Source: Octopus vulgaris
Taxonomy: Eukaryota
Assembly (NCBI GenBank): GCA_951406725.2
Contig: OX597815.1
Span: forward strand, 27,280,001 to 27,344,000
Reading direction: 5' to 3'
Length of the DNA: 64,000 nt
In this document: positions 11,776 to 24,661 of the stretch, one piece after another
Layout: every line of letters begins with the position of its first letter
How positions within the stretch are numbered: position 1 is the stretch's first letter
Notes under the pieces: model-generated
Told to the model about the DNA's origin: nothing
The model's input: the letters and a program-made list of their open reading frames with translations, nothing else
Database searches by the model: none
Translations under genes and position numbers: made by a program

Positions 11776-13803
11776 TTATAAATTATGGAAATTTAAAACT
11801 TTTTAACTATATATATGCTCCAGTTCACCATATAAACTATCACTTTGATTTATAAGACAAATATCACCAGTTACTCCTGTGAATATTAAATTCATTCTGT
11901 ACTATGAGAGTCACCAGTGATACATGATAAAATGTTAAAATGTCCATTATACCTCCATTGATGGACTTTTTCCGTTTATTTATGATTTTTTTCTATAGAT
12001 AATATTTCAGATTATAAACCTTAATGGTTTCTTTTCCACAAAAATGATTTTATGGAAGGCAGCACTCTAATAATGGTGCTCCATCGATTATGATGATGAG
12101 GGTTCCAGTTGATCTGATCAACAGAACAGCCTGCATGTGAAATTAGGATGCAAGTGGCTGAACACTCCACAGACATACATACCCTTAATATAGTTCTCAG
12201 GGAGATTCAGCATGACACAGAATGTGACAAGGCTGGCCCTTTGAAATACAGGTACTACTCATTTATGCCAGCTGAATGAACTGGAGAAATGTGAAATAAA
12301 GTGTCTTGCTCAAGGATACAGCACTGCCAGGAATTGAACTCATGACCTTGCAATTATGAGCCAAATACCCCAACCATTAAGCCATGTACCTTCACTGCTC
12401 CAATGACAAAGATGACAGTAATTTGCATCCTCTTTACCAGGTCCTGTCTCAGCCCCTTTTGAGTCCAATTAAAAATCATCCGAGAAACTCAAAGAAATGT
12501 GTTCTGTACTTTATCATCAGCATCATTTAATATCCGTTTTCCATGCTGGCATGGGTTGGACGGTTTGACTGGGGACTGACAAGCTAGGAGGCCACACCAG
12601 GCTCCAATCTGATGTAGCAATATTTCTACAGCTGGATGCCCTTCCTAACACCAACCAGTCTGAGAGCGCAGTGGGTGCTTTTTATGTGCCACCAGCATGG
12701 AAGCCAGTCAGGCGGCACTGGCATCGGCCACATTCAGATGGTGCTTTTTACATGCCACCAGCACCAGTACATTTCCTAAAAATTTTAATAATGTCATATG
12801 AACCACAGAAATGGAACTTTCCGTAAGAACACGTTACCATTGAGTGTCACAAACGATTTTCATGGTATATTAAGAATATAGCATGGGGACTCATTGGTGA
12901 CTCCCATGGAAAGCAAAGTCTTAAAATGGTAACCAAACTAAAGTCAAAACAATACAAAACAATGCTAATGGTCATACTTATACATTCACAGTTAGTATTG
13001 AATGATTTATAACCACTAGTAACGATACTGTAAGTGAAAAACTATTAGTTAGATAAATTATTCATAAAATATTTCATGTTCTTAATCCATCTAACAGTTT
13101 CACCTACACCATTAACAGCTGTTAATCTTGCAATGTCAAACACATCAAATTGAATGTGTTTTACAGTAAGAATTTTTTTGCTTTTTGTTTCAACTTTGAT
13201 TTGGTTACCATTTCGATCAACTTCGTTCACATTAATTTTTCTTTGCTTCATTCTAACTTGACATTCCAAAGAGTAATATATGAAACAGCTTTTCCATCTC
13301 GTAAATGTCAGTCTTACCAGATAAAAGTATAGGCAGTCATGATATGTGCTTGGTAACACACTGAGCCATACTTACCCTAATTGTTTTAGGTACCCATGTA
13401 GTTGCAAGCTGAAGTCACCCCTTAGCCTGCCCACTCACGATGTGACAGTTCTGGTGGGTGCTTTGGACTTCTTTCAATAGCTAATCAGTCCTCTACAGTG
13501 TTCATTCCATATACCACAGATAAGATCATGACCACAAGGATGAACTCTCTTCATCATCATCATCATTTAAAATCTGTTTTCCATGCTGGCATAGATAAGA
13601 TGGTTTGACTGGAGATGGTAAGTCAGAGAGCTGCACCAGGCTTCACTCTGATTTAGTTTGGTTCCTATAGCTGGATGCCCTTTCTAATGCCGACCACTCC
13701 ACAGAGTGTACTGGGTGTCTTTTATGTGTCACTGGCATAGGCGCCTTGTATGTCACCAGCACTGACCACAGCTACGATTTCACTTCAAAGATAAAATATT
13801 TTA

Positions 13804-13892
<89 letters not shown>

Positions 13893-15747
13893 CGTGTGCA
13901 TGAAGTTTAGACAATGAATTACTGAGTGGAATTACTCAGATCACAATCTGCTTGAAAGAAAAAAACCTATAGTTAAGTTACAGTTACTATTTCTATTGCT
14001 GGGAACAAAAGACAATCTTAGTCAATGACCAATATTGTTTTAATTATTTCATCAAGTATGGATTGACAACTCTGAACAGGTTTCTGCGTCATCAGATCAA
14101 ATCTCTTCAGGAAAACATATACTTTGCTGTTCCTGTAGAAATAGTGACAGCAGAATCACTAAGACAATATAGAATATTGTACATGAATAGCCATGTGAAT
14201 TAGCATACCATACAAATTATTATCCTGAGAAATTACTCAAGAATGCCATCTGTCAGAAAACAATAGTCAAGTTGTTTTACTATTTTTAATGGAATGAGTA
14301 TTTGCAAAATAATTTTAAGTAATAAGGAAAGATAATGTTAATACATATGTATACACATATACATGTGTTGTGTCTTGAGCAAATGTCTTCTACTATAGCT
14401 CCAGGCTGACCAAAAGTTTGTGAGGGGATTTGGTAGAAGGAAACTGCAAGAAGCCCATCATCATTTAACGTCCGCTTTCCATGCTGGCTTAGCTTGGGCA
14501 GTTTGACTGAGCACTAACAAGCCAGAAGGCTATGTATATATCTATGTGTGTGTGTGTCTTTGTGTATTTGTTCCACCAGCACCACCACCTCCACACTGCT
14601 TGACAATCAGTGTTGATTTGTATATGTCCCTGTGACTTAGTACTTTAGTAAAAGAGATCAATAAAATAAGTACCAGGTTTTAAAAATTAACAAGTACTGG
14701 GTGTTCAACTTAAACCCTTCAAGGTGGTGCCCCAGCATAGCTGCAGCCCAATGACTGAAGGAAGTAAAAGATAAAAGATATCCAAGATACTCTTCTTTCC
14801 AACATGTCAAAATGAAAATAAACCATGCACAGGAATAGCTATAATAGAAACTTACCTAAGGTTTCATGCAAATAAAGACACCTCCAATTTTCTTACCAAT
14901 ATTGAAGGCTCCACATATTGAAGGTAACGAACTGGTGGAATCGTTAGCATGCCAGTCGAAGTGCTTAGTGGAATTTCATTTGTCATTATACACCGAGTTG
15001 AAATTTGTCCAAGGTTGACTTTGCCTTTCATCCTTTTGGGGTCAATAAAATAAGTACTAGTTGAGCATTGGGGGTCGATGTAATCGGCTAACCCACTCCC
15101 CCAAACTTGCTGGCCTTGTGCAAAATTTTGAAACCAATATTTCCACATACTTGGGGATGTTTTCTATATGACTCCTATCTTTATAATTACTGCAAACATA
15201 CTGGAGTGGTTGGCATTATGAAGGGCATCCAGCTGTAAGAATCATGACAAAACAGACAACTGAAACTTGATGCAGCTCTCCAGCTACCAGCTCCTGTCAA
15301 ACCATCCGACACATGCCAGCATGGAAAACAGACATTAAGTGATGATAACTGCCCGAAACAGTTAGGACTTCTGGTAACTCGACTGAGGAAAGAAGGCCAT
15401 GAATGACCCATCTTTTTATGCCTGTCTTTCTAATTGGTGTTTCTCTTGTCTACCTTTGTATCATCTAACTGTCCGAATGTTTTATTGTCCTCTATTGACT
15501 TGTTGTAAAGAACTCCATGAGCAAGGATTGAAGTAGGATATCTGGCTAAATTCTTAAAGACTACTTTTATGGTATCTCCCACTTCAGCTATTATTATAGG
15601 TCCAAGAATTCCAAGTGATTCTGGATGGTCCTTGGCTGTCAGGAAGCTGTTGGGGGTCGATGTAATCGGCTAACCCACTCCCCCAAACTTGCTGGCCTTG
15701 TGCAAAATTTTAAAACCAATATTTCCACATACTCGGGGATGTTTTAG

Positions 15748-15963
15748 ACACGTTAGCGCGCCGGGTGAAACGCTTAGTGGTATTTCGTCTGTCATTACGT
15801 TCTGAGTTCAAATTCCGCCGAGGTCGACTTTGCCTTTCATCCTTTTGGGGTCGATAAATAAAAGTACCAGTTTTGCACTGGGGTCGATGTAATTGACTTA
15901 ATCCCTTTGTTTGTCCTTGTTTGTCCCCTCTATGTTTAGCCCCTTGTGGGCAATAAAGAAATA
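15748..15963 (+). mobile_element. Nin/Deu-like SINE copy
   Basis: Same head and core as 6932-7162; tail gtgggcaataaagaaat. Confidence 0.8.
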
Positions 15964-17114
15964 TATTACTGCAACCATACTGGAGTTAGTTGACTATGTC
16001 AGCCTCAGTCCTTTGTCAGGTACTTATCTTATTGACCTCATAAGAGTATGTAGGTAAAGTCAGTCAAGTCTAAAGGGTTGCAAAACAACAGAATAGTATA
16101 CTATAAGGGATTTTTGATCAAAGCACTAATTTCTCAATTCCAAACTGATATTATCATCCATCGTTGAACATCCACAAGCTGCAAGGCCACATCAGGTTCC
16201 AGTGTCAGCTTTGACATGGTTTCTATAACAGAATGCTCTTCCTAATGCCAGCCACTTTACAGAATGTACTGGGTGCTTTTTTTTTTTTGTGCCACTGATA
16301 CTAGTGAGGTAGCCAACAAACATTGCAAGATAGAAGAACAGGGAGAGCAAAAATAAAAAAAAAGACTCCCACTACTAAATAGGTAGCATTTGAGAAGGGA
16401 AGGTGAGTAAGCTAGAGGGACAAGCACAGGTGTCTTGCTCAAAAGGAGACCAGTGCTTATCCTTCTTATTTTAGTCTTTCAACATATGCTGCATGCACAC
16501 ACAAACACACACACACATACAACATATTTCATCAGTTTCCATTTACCAAATTTCACATGTAAGGCTTTGGTCAGACTGAGTCTATGATAAAAAAAGGATT
16601 TGCCCAAAAGTGCAGCATTAACCTTAACCCTAACCCTACATGGTTGTGATGTGCACTTCTTAATCACACAGCCGTGCTTGCTTTGGGCTTCTTACAACAA
16701 ATAACCAATCATTATTTTACACAGAGTTCATACCAAACTGCTGATAAGATCATAGTTTAATGCTTTATCATATGTTATTCTCTGCCTATCTATTATAAAT
16801 ATTGTAATTTCAGACAATTGAAATACTTATTAATGATTTCATTTATATCACTCCTATATCGTTATTAATATGTCTATCATGTTAATTATTCTGTTTTATC
16901 GTAATTTATACCATTATTATGTTGAAAAATTTAACTTTGATCTGTATCATTGCTTTATCAAAATATTCCTACAATTATTTCCATAAATAATAACAGATTG
17001 ACAAGCTGATCAAATTTTGATATTGAAATATTCAATTGCTTTTATTCTCATCTCCATAATTTCTCTTGTGTTCTAAAATCTATTTCTTTGCTTTATTTTA
17101 TTGCTTTATTGCAG

Positions 17115-17716
17115 TCCAGGCCATGTGTTTGTTAAATCTTCAGATTCTCTCATTGGAAGCAAATATATTAAAGCAGTTTACCGAGCTTACACAAACAACA
17201 GCTTCCTGACAGCCAAGGACCATCCAGAATCACTTGGAATTCTTGGACCTATAATAATAGCTGAAGTGGGAGATACCATAAAAGTGGTCTTTAAGAATTT
17301 AGCCAGATATCCTACTTCAATCCTTGCTCATGGAGTTCTTTACAACAAGTCAAGTGAAGGTACAAAATACACAGGCTTCGAAGCGAACACAGGATATGCT
17401 GTTCAGACTAATGGAACCTTCATATATACATGGGTTGTACCAGAGAGTTCTGGACCTGGGCCAGGAGATCCAGACTGCATCAATTACGCATACTATTCAG
17501 CTGTTAATCCATCCCAAGACACAAACGCTGGATTAATTGGACCTCTCGTTATATGCCGGAAGAATAAAGCAAACTCAACAGATGTAAAAATGTTTCCACT
17601 TTTGTTTACTGTATTTGATGAAAATGAAAGTTTATATCTTGATGACAACATTGAGAAATATGCAAAGAAGGCAAATAAAGAGGATGAAGAGTTTATGGAA
17701 AACAACAAAAACCATG
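17115..17716 (+). CDS. Multicopper ferroxidase exon C (domain 5, start of domain 6)
   Basis: Acceptor tttattgcag|17115 and donor 17716|gtatgt; phase 2-1. IGSKYIKAVYRAYT, LGILGPIIIAEVGDTIKVVFKN, YAYYSAVNPSQDTNAGLIGPLVIC and FPLLFTVFDENESLYLDDNI are ceruloplasmin/hephaestin motifs. Confidence 0.95.
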
Positions 17717-17922
17717 GTATGTCACTTTTGCTTTCTTCATTTTAAAGTCCTTTATTTTACTAGAATTTATGGACACAATTGTGGTTAGAAGTTTTGTTTC
17801 TCAACCACAAGGTTTGGGATTCAGTCCCACCACAAGGTACCTAAGGTAAATGTCTTCTACTACAGTTCCAGGCCAACCCAAAGGGTGATGAGAGGATTTG
17901 GTCGATGGAAACTAAAAGCCTG

Positions 17923-17959
<37 letters not shown>

Positions 17960-18350
17960 GGAGTAAATCCGAACTTACAGGGAAAAATTAGATTTAGGAT
18001 TAAATCTAATTTTACAGTATAAATATAAATTAAATTAGAGATTTAATTATTTAATTATTGATTTGCCTAATAGTGGGTTTATCTCTAATTTAATTTATAT
18101 ATATATATATATATATATAATACAAATAAGAAAATGGAGAAACAAATTTGGTTTGTTCATTAACTTACAAATATTATAATGCTGGATTATTTATTCATTT
18201 TACAAATGAGAACATCAAAAGCATACAAAAGTATTATATAAATCCATAGATGATACTTTGTGCTATATATATATATATATATGACCGCGTGTGTACTGTT
18301 GGCGATTTTTTTCCTCCGTCTTCCCTTCTCTGGATCTTTCCTTCTCCTAT

Positions 18351-18385
18351 GTTTCTGACGAAGAGCTCCGCTCGAAACGTTAAAC
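18351..18385 (+). ncRNA. Minimal type I hammerhead ribozyme motif in a Penelope-like end fragment (18283-18484)
   Basis: GTTT-CTGACGA-A-GAGC/TCC/GCTC-GAAA-CG-TT-AAAC: intact core, 4-bp helices I and II, palindromic AACGTT in place of helix III. The fragment is bounded by (TA)n tracts. Confidence 0.6.
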
Positions 18386-18482
18386 CCTCCTTCTTTCCTT
18401 CTTTCCTGAGAGTCCAATAATATTATTTTTGTTTCACGTCCTCGCGTTGTTATGTTTTTTTGTGATTTCATGTTTGGATTAA

Positions 18483-18520
<38 letters not shown>

Positions 18521-20072
18521 TGCAGGAGTGACTGTGTGGTAAGTAGCTTGCTCACCAACCACATGGTTCTGGGTTCAGTCCCACTACATGGCACCTTGGG
18601 CAAATGTCTTCTACTATAGCCTCAGGCAAATCAAAGCCTTGTGAGTGGATTTGGTAGATGGAAACTGAAAGAAGCCCATCGTATGTGTGTGTGTGTTTGT
18701 GTGTCTGTGTTTGTCCCTCCACCATTGCATGACAACCAATGCTAACTCTTTACATGTCTATATTTTTAATGAAATACACTATTCATATTTGTTCAATTAA
18801 TTCTGAAAATAATCAAGAAAGAAGGATCCAATAAAATAACATTTTAATTATGTTTTGACAAAGTTTAAGAAAATGAAATAGCAGGCAAGTGTCCCTCATT
18901 CCCTACTGTTTTAATTCTAAGAAAATAAGGAACGACATGTTGAATAATGTTAGTTCTAGAAATACTATTCCTAAAATCAAGACGAGTGGTATAACAACAA
19001 AACCTTTGAGTCTAAGTCTTTTGGTTCAGGTATACCCTGAGACTAAGCAACAATCTTCAGCCAATAAGAAAACTTATATGTGGATGTTTGGTTTGCTAAA
19101 AATAGCAGTCAAATTTCCTTCAAATTGCTTTATCATCTTAAAAAGAACACTATGGATAATGTAGTCCTAGATACACTACCCATAAAAATTTTTAAAAAAA
19201 ACGTGATCATGGTTGGAATACTTTAATTGTAAGTCTGTTTGAGCAGGGCTGACCTGGGATTAAACAATAATTAACGCTGCAAACATTACAACTGTAACTA
19301 TCACTACCAACCACCACAGCCATCACCACCAACACCTCAGCCACCAGCATTAAAACTATTAGCAATTTCACAATTTTCTTGATCAACAATATCAGTATTT
19401 GCACATTCATGATTAAGGCAATGCTGTTGTTGTAATTTATCCCTAGGTCCACCCTGATTGAGCAGACCCATGACCAATGGAATTCTTGCCATACCCATCA
19501 CATCCTTTTGCATATCAAGGACTACACTGTTTAATTATGTTCTCTCTTTTTTAAGATTGTAAGGTGTGATTTGAGGGACATGTGGTTGTTATTTCAGGCA
19601 GATTGAGTGACTACATAGAGGCTTTTTTTTTTTTGGCTCTTGATACCCTAATGAGAAGGCTCTAATGTGCTATAATTAAAAACAGATTTGATCAATGATT
19701 AACCAGTATCTATTTGATGCTATATTAACGAAGACAATATGTAGATTTAGCAATATTTACCTAATTGGCTCTTATCCTTCCAGGGTCAATAATTGTACCT
19801 CCCACCAAAATTTGTGGCCTTGTACCATTGTTAGAATCAATATTTAAAGGCATATATTTCTTAAAATAGTTTTACTTTTGAATATCTAAGATAGTATTAA
19901 ATGATTATAAATTCATGAGTTTTCTTGTTAGCAAACTGAATTAGATTAGTTTGTATTGAATTAAAATATTCTATATCCTTTGTCATTTTTTTTTCTCTGT
20001 TCCTTTTACAATTTGCAATTTAACATGCAAACAATAATATTAAAATAGGATAAAAAAAATAGTAATAAGATA

Positions 20073-20972
20073 TTGAGTCATCCCATAAATAATGCAGTTT
20101 TTTCATTTGCATGAACTAAATAGTGGAGCAGGGTGGGATAAACTACCTGCATCAACTTGCTATAAAAACAGGTAGTAATTTTATCTTGTACTTATTCTTA
20201 GTGCAAGTTTTGAAGAGCGCAGTTCAATTCTAACAGTTATTTCTTTCAAAGCTATAATAGAAGTGACAAATGAACATATTCAGCATATTTTGTTTTATGA
20301 GTTCAATAAAGGCAACAATGCAACAGAAAGTGCATACAGTATATGGGGATCGGACAATAAGTGTAAGCCAGTGTCAATTGTGGTTCCAGAAATTCTGAGC
20401 TGGAAACTACAGCCTAGAAGATGAGTCTCATCCTGTAAGATTTGTAGAGTTTGATAAGGATGTTCTGCAAACCCTGGTGGGACAAAAGCCAATTGTAACT
20501 GTTGAGGAACTAGCAGAAAAGCTTGGATTTGGTCATTCAATCATTCATCAACACCTGTGCACCATCAGAAAAGTTAGCAAATTAGGTCAATAGGTTTCTC
20601 ACAAACTTTCCAAGTTTAATCACATGCAGAGAGTGAATATGTGCTCTTCTTTGCTGCCACGTCTCATGAATGAACCATTTTTTGGACCGAATAGTAACTG
20701 GTGATGAAAAATGGGTTCTCTATAAAAATGTCAAGTGCCGAAGACAGTGGGTAGAGAAAGGAGAAACACCAGCACCCCAGGCTAAAGAAGGTCTTCACCT
20801 ATGTATGGTATTGTCATCTGTTTGGTAGGATATGAAAGGTTTAGTCCACTTTGAACTTTTAAACAATAACAAGGAGATCTTCTGCAAGCAGGATGAGCAG
20901 CTTAACTCAGTGCTAGAAGGAAAACAACCATCTTTGGTTTCAAAACAGGTGTTCTTCCACCAGGATAATGCA
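20073..20972 (+). mobile_element. Degenerate mariner transposon, 3'-truncated
   Basis: TA plus terminal ttgagtcatcccataaat shared with the element at 52506. Frameshifted HILFYEFNKGNNATE, IVTGDEKWVLY, VHFELL and FFHQDNA motifs. Confidence 0.85.
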
Positions 20973-21243
20973 TGCCTAAACATAATCTGGAAGATATTCA
21001 CGACAAATACATACACTTTCCTGGCACAGGAAGAAATACTACCAAGGGAACAAAAAGGATGTAGGAAGAGTTCTCAGGGTACCACGGATCACCTGATCAT
21101 CAATAAAACAGTTTTAAGGCATTGTAAAAAACATCATACAAACATGTCTATGGCTTGGATTGACTTTAAGAAGGCATATGCTATGATGCGTCATTCTTGG
21201 ATCGTTGAATGCCTGCAGATGTTTGGTGTTGCTGACAACGCTG
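20973..21243 (+). mobile_element. Non-LTR reverse transcriptase fragment (R4/Dong-like)
   Basis: LPREQKGCRKSSQGTTDHLIINK...MSMAWIDFKKAY, matching N-terminal RT motifs of restriction-like-endonuclease LINEs. Confidence 0.8.
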
Positions 21244-21412
21244 TGGGAATGAACCCAGAACCATGTGGTTGGTAAGCAAGCTACTTATCACACAGCGACT
21301 CCTACGCCTATTTAATATTATTTCTCATAATAATCATTTCAATTAGAATATTTTATAAAAAGATGTTCACGTTTGCTAATGTCATAGTTCATAGCTTTTA
21401 CACCCATCTTCA

Positions 21413-21709
21413 AAATAGAACAAAAATGATGGTAAATTTTTTTTCAGAGTTAAAAAAGGTGGAGTTGCGTCCCCTAGACGGTCTGTGGTTTGTGTTTCTG
21501 ATTCTCGACCCCATGTCGAATTTATCGATTTTTTTCAGAACTGGGGGAACTTTTCAAAATTTTCGCTGCGTTAGTTTTGAATTATGACATTGGGCTATGT
21601 GTGTGTCAAGTTTCATCAGAATCGGTTGAAAGCCGTGGTCAGGGTGAGGGTACGAGAAAACAGACACACAGAAACACGCACAGACAAACTGCCGTTTATA
21701 TATAGAGAG
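21413..21709 (-). mobile_element. Helitron-like 5' fragment
   Basis: Minus-strand start TCTCTATATATAAA, like the other Helitron 5' ends; no CTAG end; flanked by a 52-bp direct duplication. Confidence 0.6.
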
Positions 21710-21849
21710 ATGTTCACGTTTGCTAATGTCATAGTTCATAGCTTTTACACCCATCTTCAGAATGAATATTATAAATGTTATGTAAAGCAATCATTGCTGT
21801 AGTTGCTAAAATAAAACAAATACTACAATCTTTTTTTTTATTTTTGCAG

Positions 21850-22154
21850 CAATTAATGGTTTTCTCTTTGGAGGATTGCAAGGTCTGGATATGATGAAAC
21901 AAGATAAAGTCTACTGGTTTTTAATAGGATTAGGAACTGAAGTTGACATACATTCTGTTCATTTCCATGGCAACACATTTCTCCATTATACAGACTACAA
22001 ACATAGAAAAGATACATTGGATCTATGGCCTGGTTCATTTAAAACTGTCTTCATGGTTCCTGAAAACCCAGGTAAATGGTTACTCCATTGCCACGTTGAT
22101 GACCACATCATAGGGGGTATGAACACAATCTATACAGTTAAAAATATGCCCTAA
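21850..22154 (+). CDS. Multicopper ferroxidase terminal coding exon D (domain 6)
   Basis: Acceptor tttttgcag|21850, phase 1 (junction reads H-A-INGF). Contains DIHSVHFHG and WLLHCHVDDHIIGGM, the type 1/2/3 Cu ligand signatures. Stop TAA at 22152-22154. Confidence 0.95.
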
Positions 22155-22308
22155 TTCTGAACATAATTGTAAGAAGCCCTTCATATATTCAAACAGATAA
22201 TATATTCCACTTTTCACAGATGAAGATTTTTTGCTATATAGTTTTGTAAACATTTCCTTTTATTTCTCTAAAAATTATTGCAATTATTATTTTTATCTTA
22301 TTAAAATG

Positions 22309-22314
22309 AATAAA
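22309..22314 (+). promoter_or_regulatory. Candidate polyadenylation signal of the ferroxidase gene
   Basis: AATAAA about 155 nt after the stop, with T/GT-rich sequence downstream; a second AATAAA at 22379-22384. Confidence 0.5.
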
Positions 22315-23599
22315 ATCATCTTAGAAAACCAAATATTGTCATTTTAATTTTATGTCTGTGCGCAAGTAGTCTTTCCTGAATAAATCTTTTTAAAATATCC
22401 CAATTTTGACTCAAAGCCAGCAATTTTTTGCGGGGTGGGGAGGTAATTTGATTATATTTACCCCAGTACTCAATTGGTACTTATTTTATAAATCTCAAAA
22501 AGACGAAAGGCAAAGTCAACCTCGACAGAATTTGAACTCAAAACAGAATGAGCCAGAAGAAATGTCATTAAGCCATTAGCATTCAGATTTCTCTATCAAA
22601 TGTAATGCTTACAGTATGTACTTGCTGATAGGTCACACCAGTGGATAGGTCACACCCTTAGTTTGGGGTTGTCAAAGTAGGTATCTGTGGTTGACTCACA
22701 GATAGGTCGCACTATAATTTGGAGAGTTACATGGCCCTTTTTTTTATGTAAATATAACTAATATTTGTTAAATACTATCAAATATTCGCCTTTATTTCAA
22801 AACTTTGTTTACAAATTTTAAAACATTTTTGTGGAAGTGGCTTTATGAAAGTAGTCTAATTGATAAAACAACTCAACAAAAAAAAAAATTAATAAGTATC
22901 AACTTGACAAGAAAAACGTCTAGAATTACAAGCAGTAGAGATTCATTTACATATAGTTATTAAACTTCACCAGGATTGAAACCCCAAAATTCTTGGGTTT
23001 CTACTTCAGATCCTTGTGATGTCAAATGGATAGGTCACACCCCTGATTTTTATTGGAATTTTTGGTGAAAAAAGTGCAACCTACCCATGAGTGTATACAG
23101 CATTTATTCTCATTGATTGGAATTTATCATGCATAACATTGTAGCTTTGAAATTTCAATGATGTAACTGTTTATTTTTGGAATAATATTGTAAGGTAAGT
23201 GAAGGAGACCAGATCTGGCCAGTTTGAAGATAAAACAGGTAGAGTAGTATTTTGGCCGGGTATGGTCAGTTTAAAAGCTAAAGGGATAAGTATTTTGTCC
23301 AATGTACTAACAATCCTGCCAGCTTGCCACCTTAATTTATTTTTAAAATATGAGTCCAACCACTGCTAGCATGAAAATGGATGTTAAATAATGATGATGA
23401 TGATGATGATGATGATGACGATGACAATGATGACGAGATGAACAACTGTGCGAAAAATGAACCCATATATTCAATGATGAATACTTTTTATTTTGTTAGC
23501 CATATGAATCCCAGTTTCAGAAAAAGTACACTGCATCCCTGCACATCATAAGAAGTGACTGAAAAGAGTTACAAGTGGTGTGCCCAGCCATAAAAACTC

Positions 23600-23806
23600 T
23601 CCCTATTGATCGTTTTTTTTCTCTTTTCTTCTTTTTTCTTTTGTTTCTTTTCCTTTTTTTTTCTTTTTTTCCCCTTTTTCCCTTTTGATCGAAAACCTAC
23701 GCCACTTTTTTTTTTTCATCCCCCAAAAGAAAAGCTCTACCTTGTAATTTGTCCCATCTGTGTGCAGCCCTGTGTGGCCAATAAAGAAACTTATCTATCT
23801 ATCTAT
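23600..23806 (+). mobile_element. L1/Tx1-like 3' UTR fragment
   Basis: Pyrimidine-rich stretch ending ttgtcccatctgtgtgcagccctgtgtggccaataaagaaac, similar to the 3' end of the element at 31312-32788. Confidence 0.5.
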
Positions 23807-24661
23807 CTCCACTCTTTCTCTCTGAAAACCAGTTTGCAGGAAACCTGTATTAGAAGTTTGATGCAGCATGATAGACAACTGAATGTGTAAGATTTTACTT
23901 CCAAGCCCTGCAAGATTTTTGTTCAAAAAAGAAATGACGCTAGCATCATACTTCCACAGGGTAATGGTAACCTGCATGTAAGGGTGGATATAAGTGAGTT
24001 TCTATCAGCTGTTATATATACAAAGGAGAAATTACTATAGTTGTACAGACTGATGAGTGCCAGATGGAAATTTTATGATTTCAAAGGATGATCCTCATGG
24101 CAAATGAAGATTGAAGAAAGTTGTAGGAAGAAGTAGAGTTACATCTGAAGATCTCAGACATTGCTCATGAAATAGCAAAAAGAGGACGACAATAGCATCT
24201 ATCTGATGCCTCTATGCAGAAAATTATTATCAAAACAATGATAATTATGGCATCAATTATGGTGGTGATAATAGTGATGATGTTGATGATGATCATTATT
24301 ATTTTATGTCTACTTTCCAAGCTGGCATGGGTGGGATGAGTCATCATAATCTAGTTCAATTTTTATTTGGAGTTACTGTCCTCCTAGACAGGTCAAAAGA
24401 TCATGTCTCATTGCTACATTTCATTTTGGCATGATTTCTCTGGATGGATGCTCATTGAAATGCCAATCATTTTACAGAGTGTACTGGGTGCATTTTTACT
24501 GTAACACCAGTACTAAGGAGGTTGCTTTATTCCATGCAAAATTTATGTTTTATGCTGTTTTATGCTGTCTTCATTTATCAAAGACCAACATAACCGAAGT
24601 GGGGAACAGAAAAGAGAATGATGACCAAGAAAGAACTTGAGCAAAAGGATGACAGAAGAGA

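Noticed and set aside
20832-21275. Apparent transposase-RT fusion ORF
   Set aside because: Chance in-frame junction of two truncated relics and a SINE piece; the upstream transposase is full of stops.
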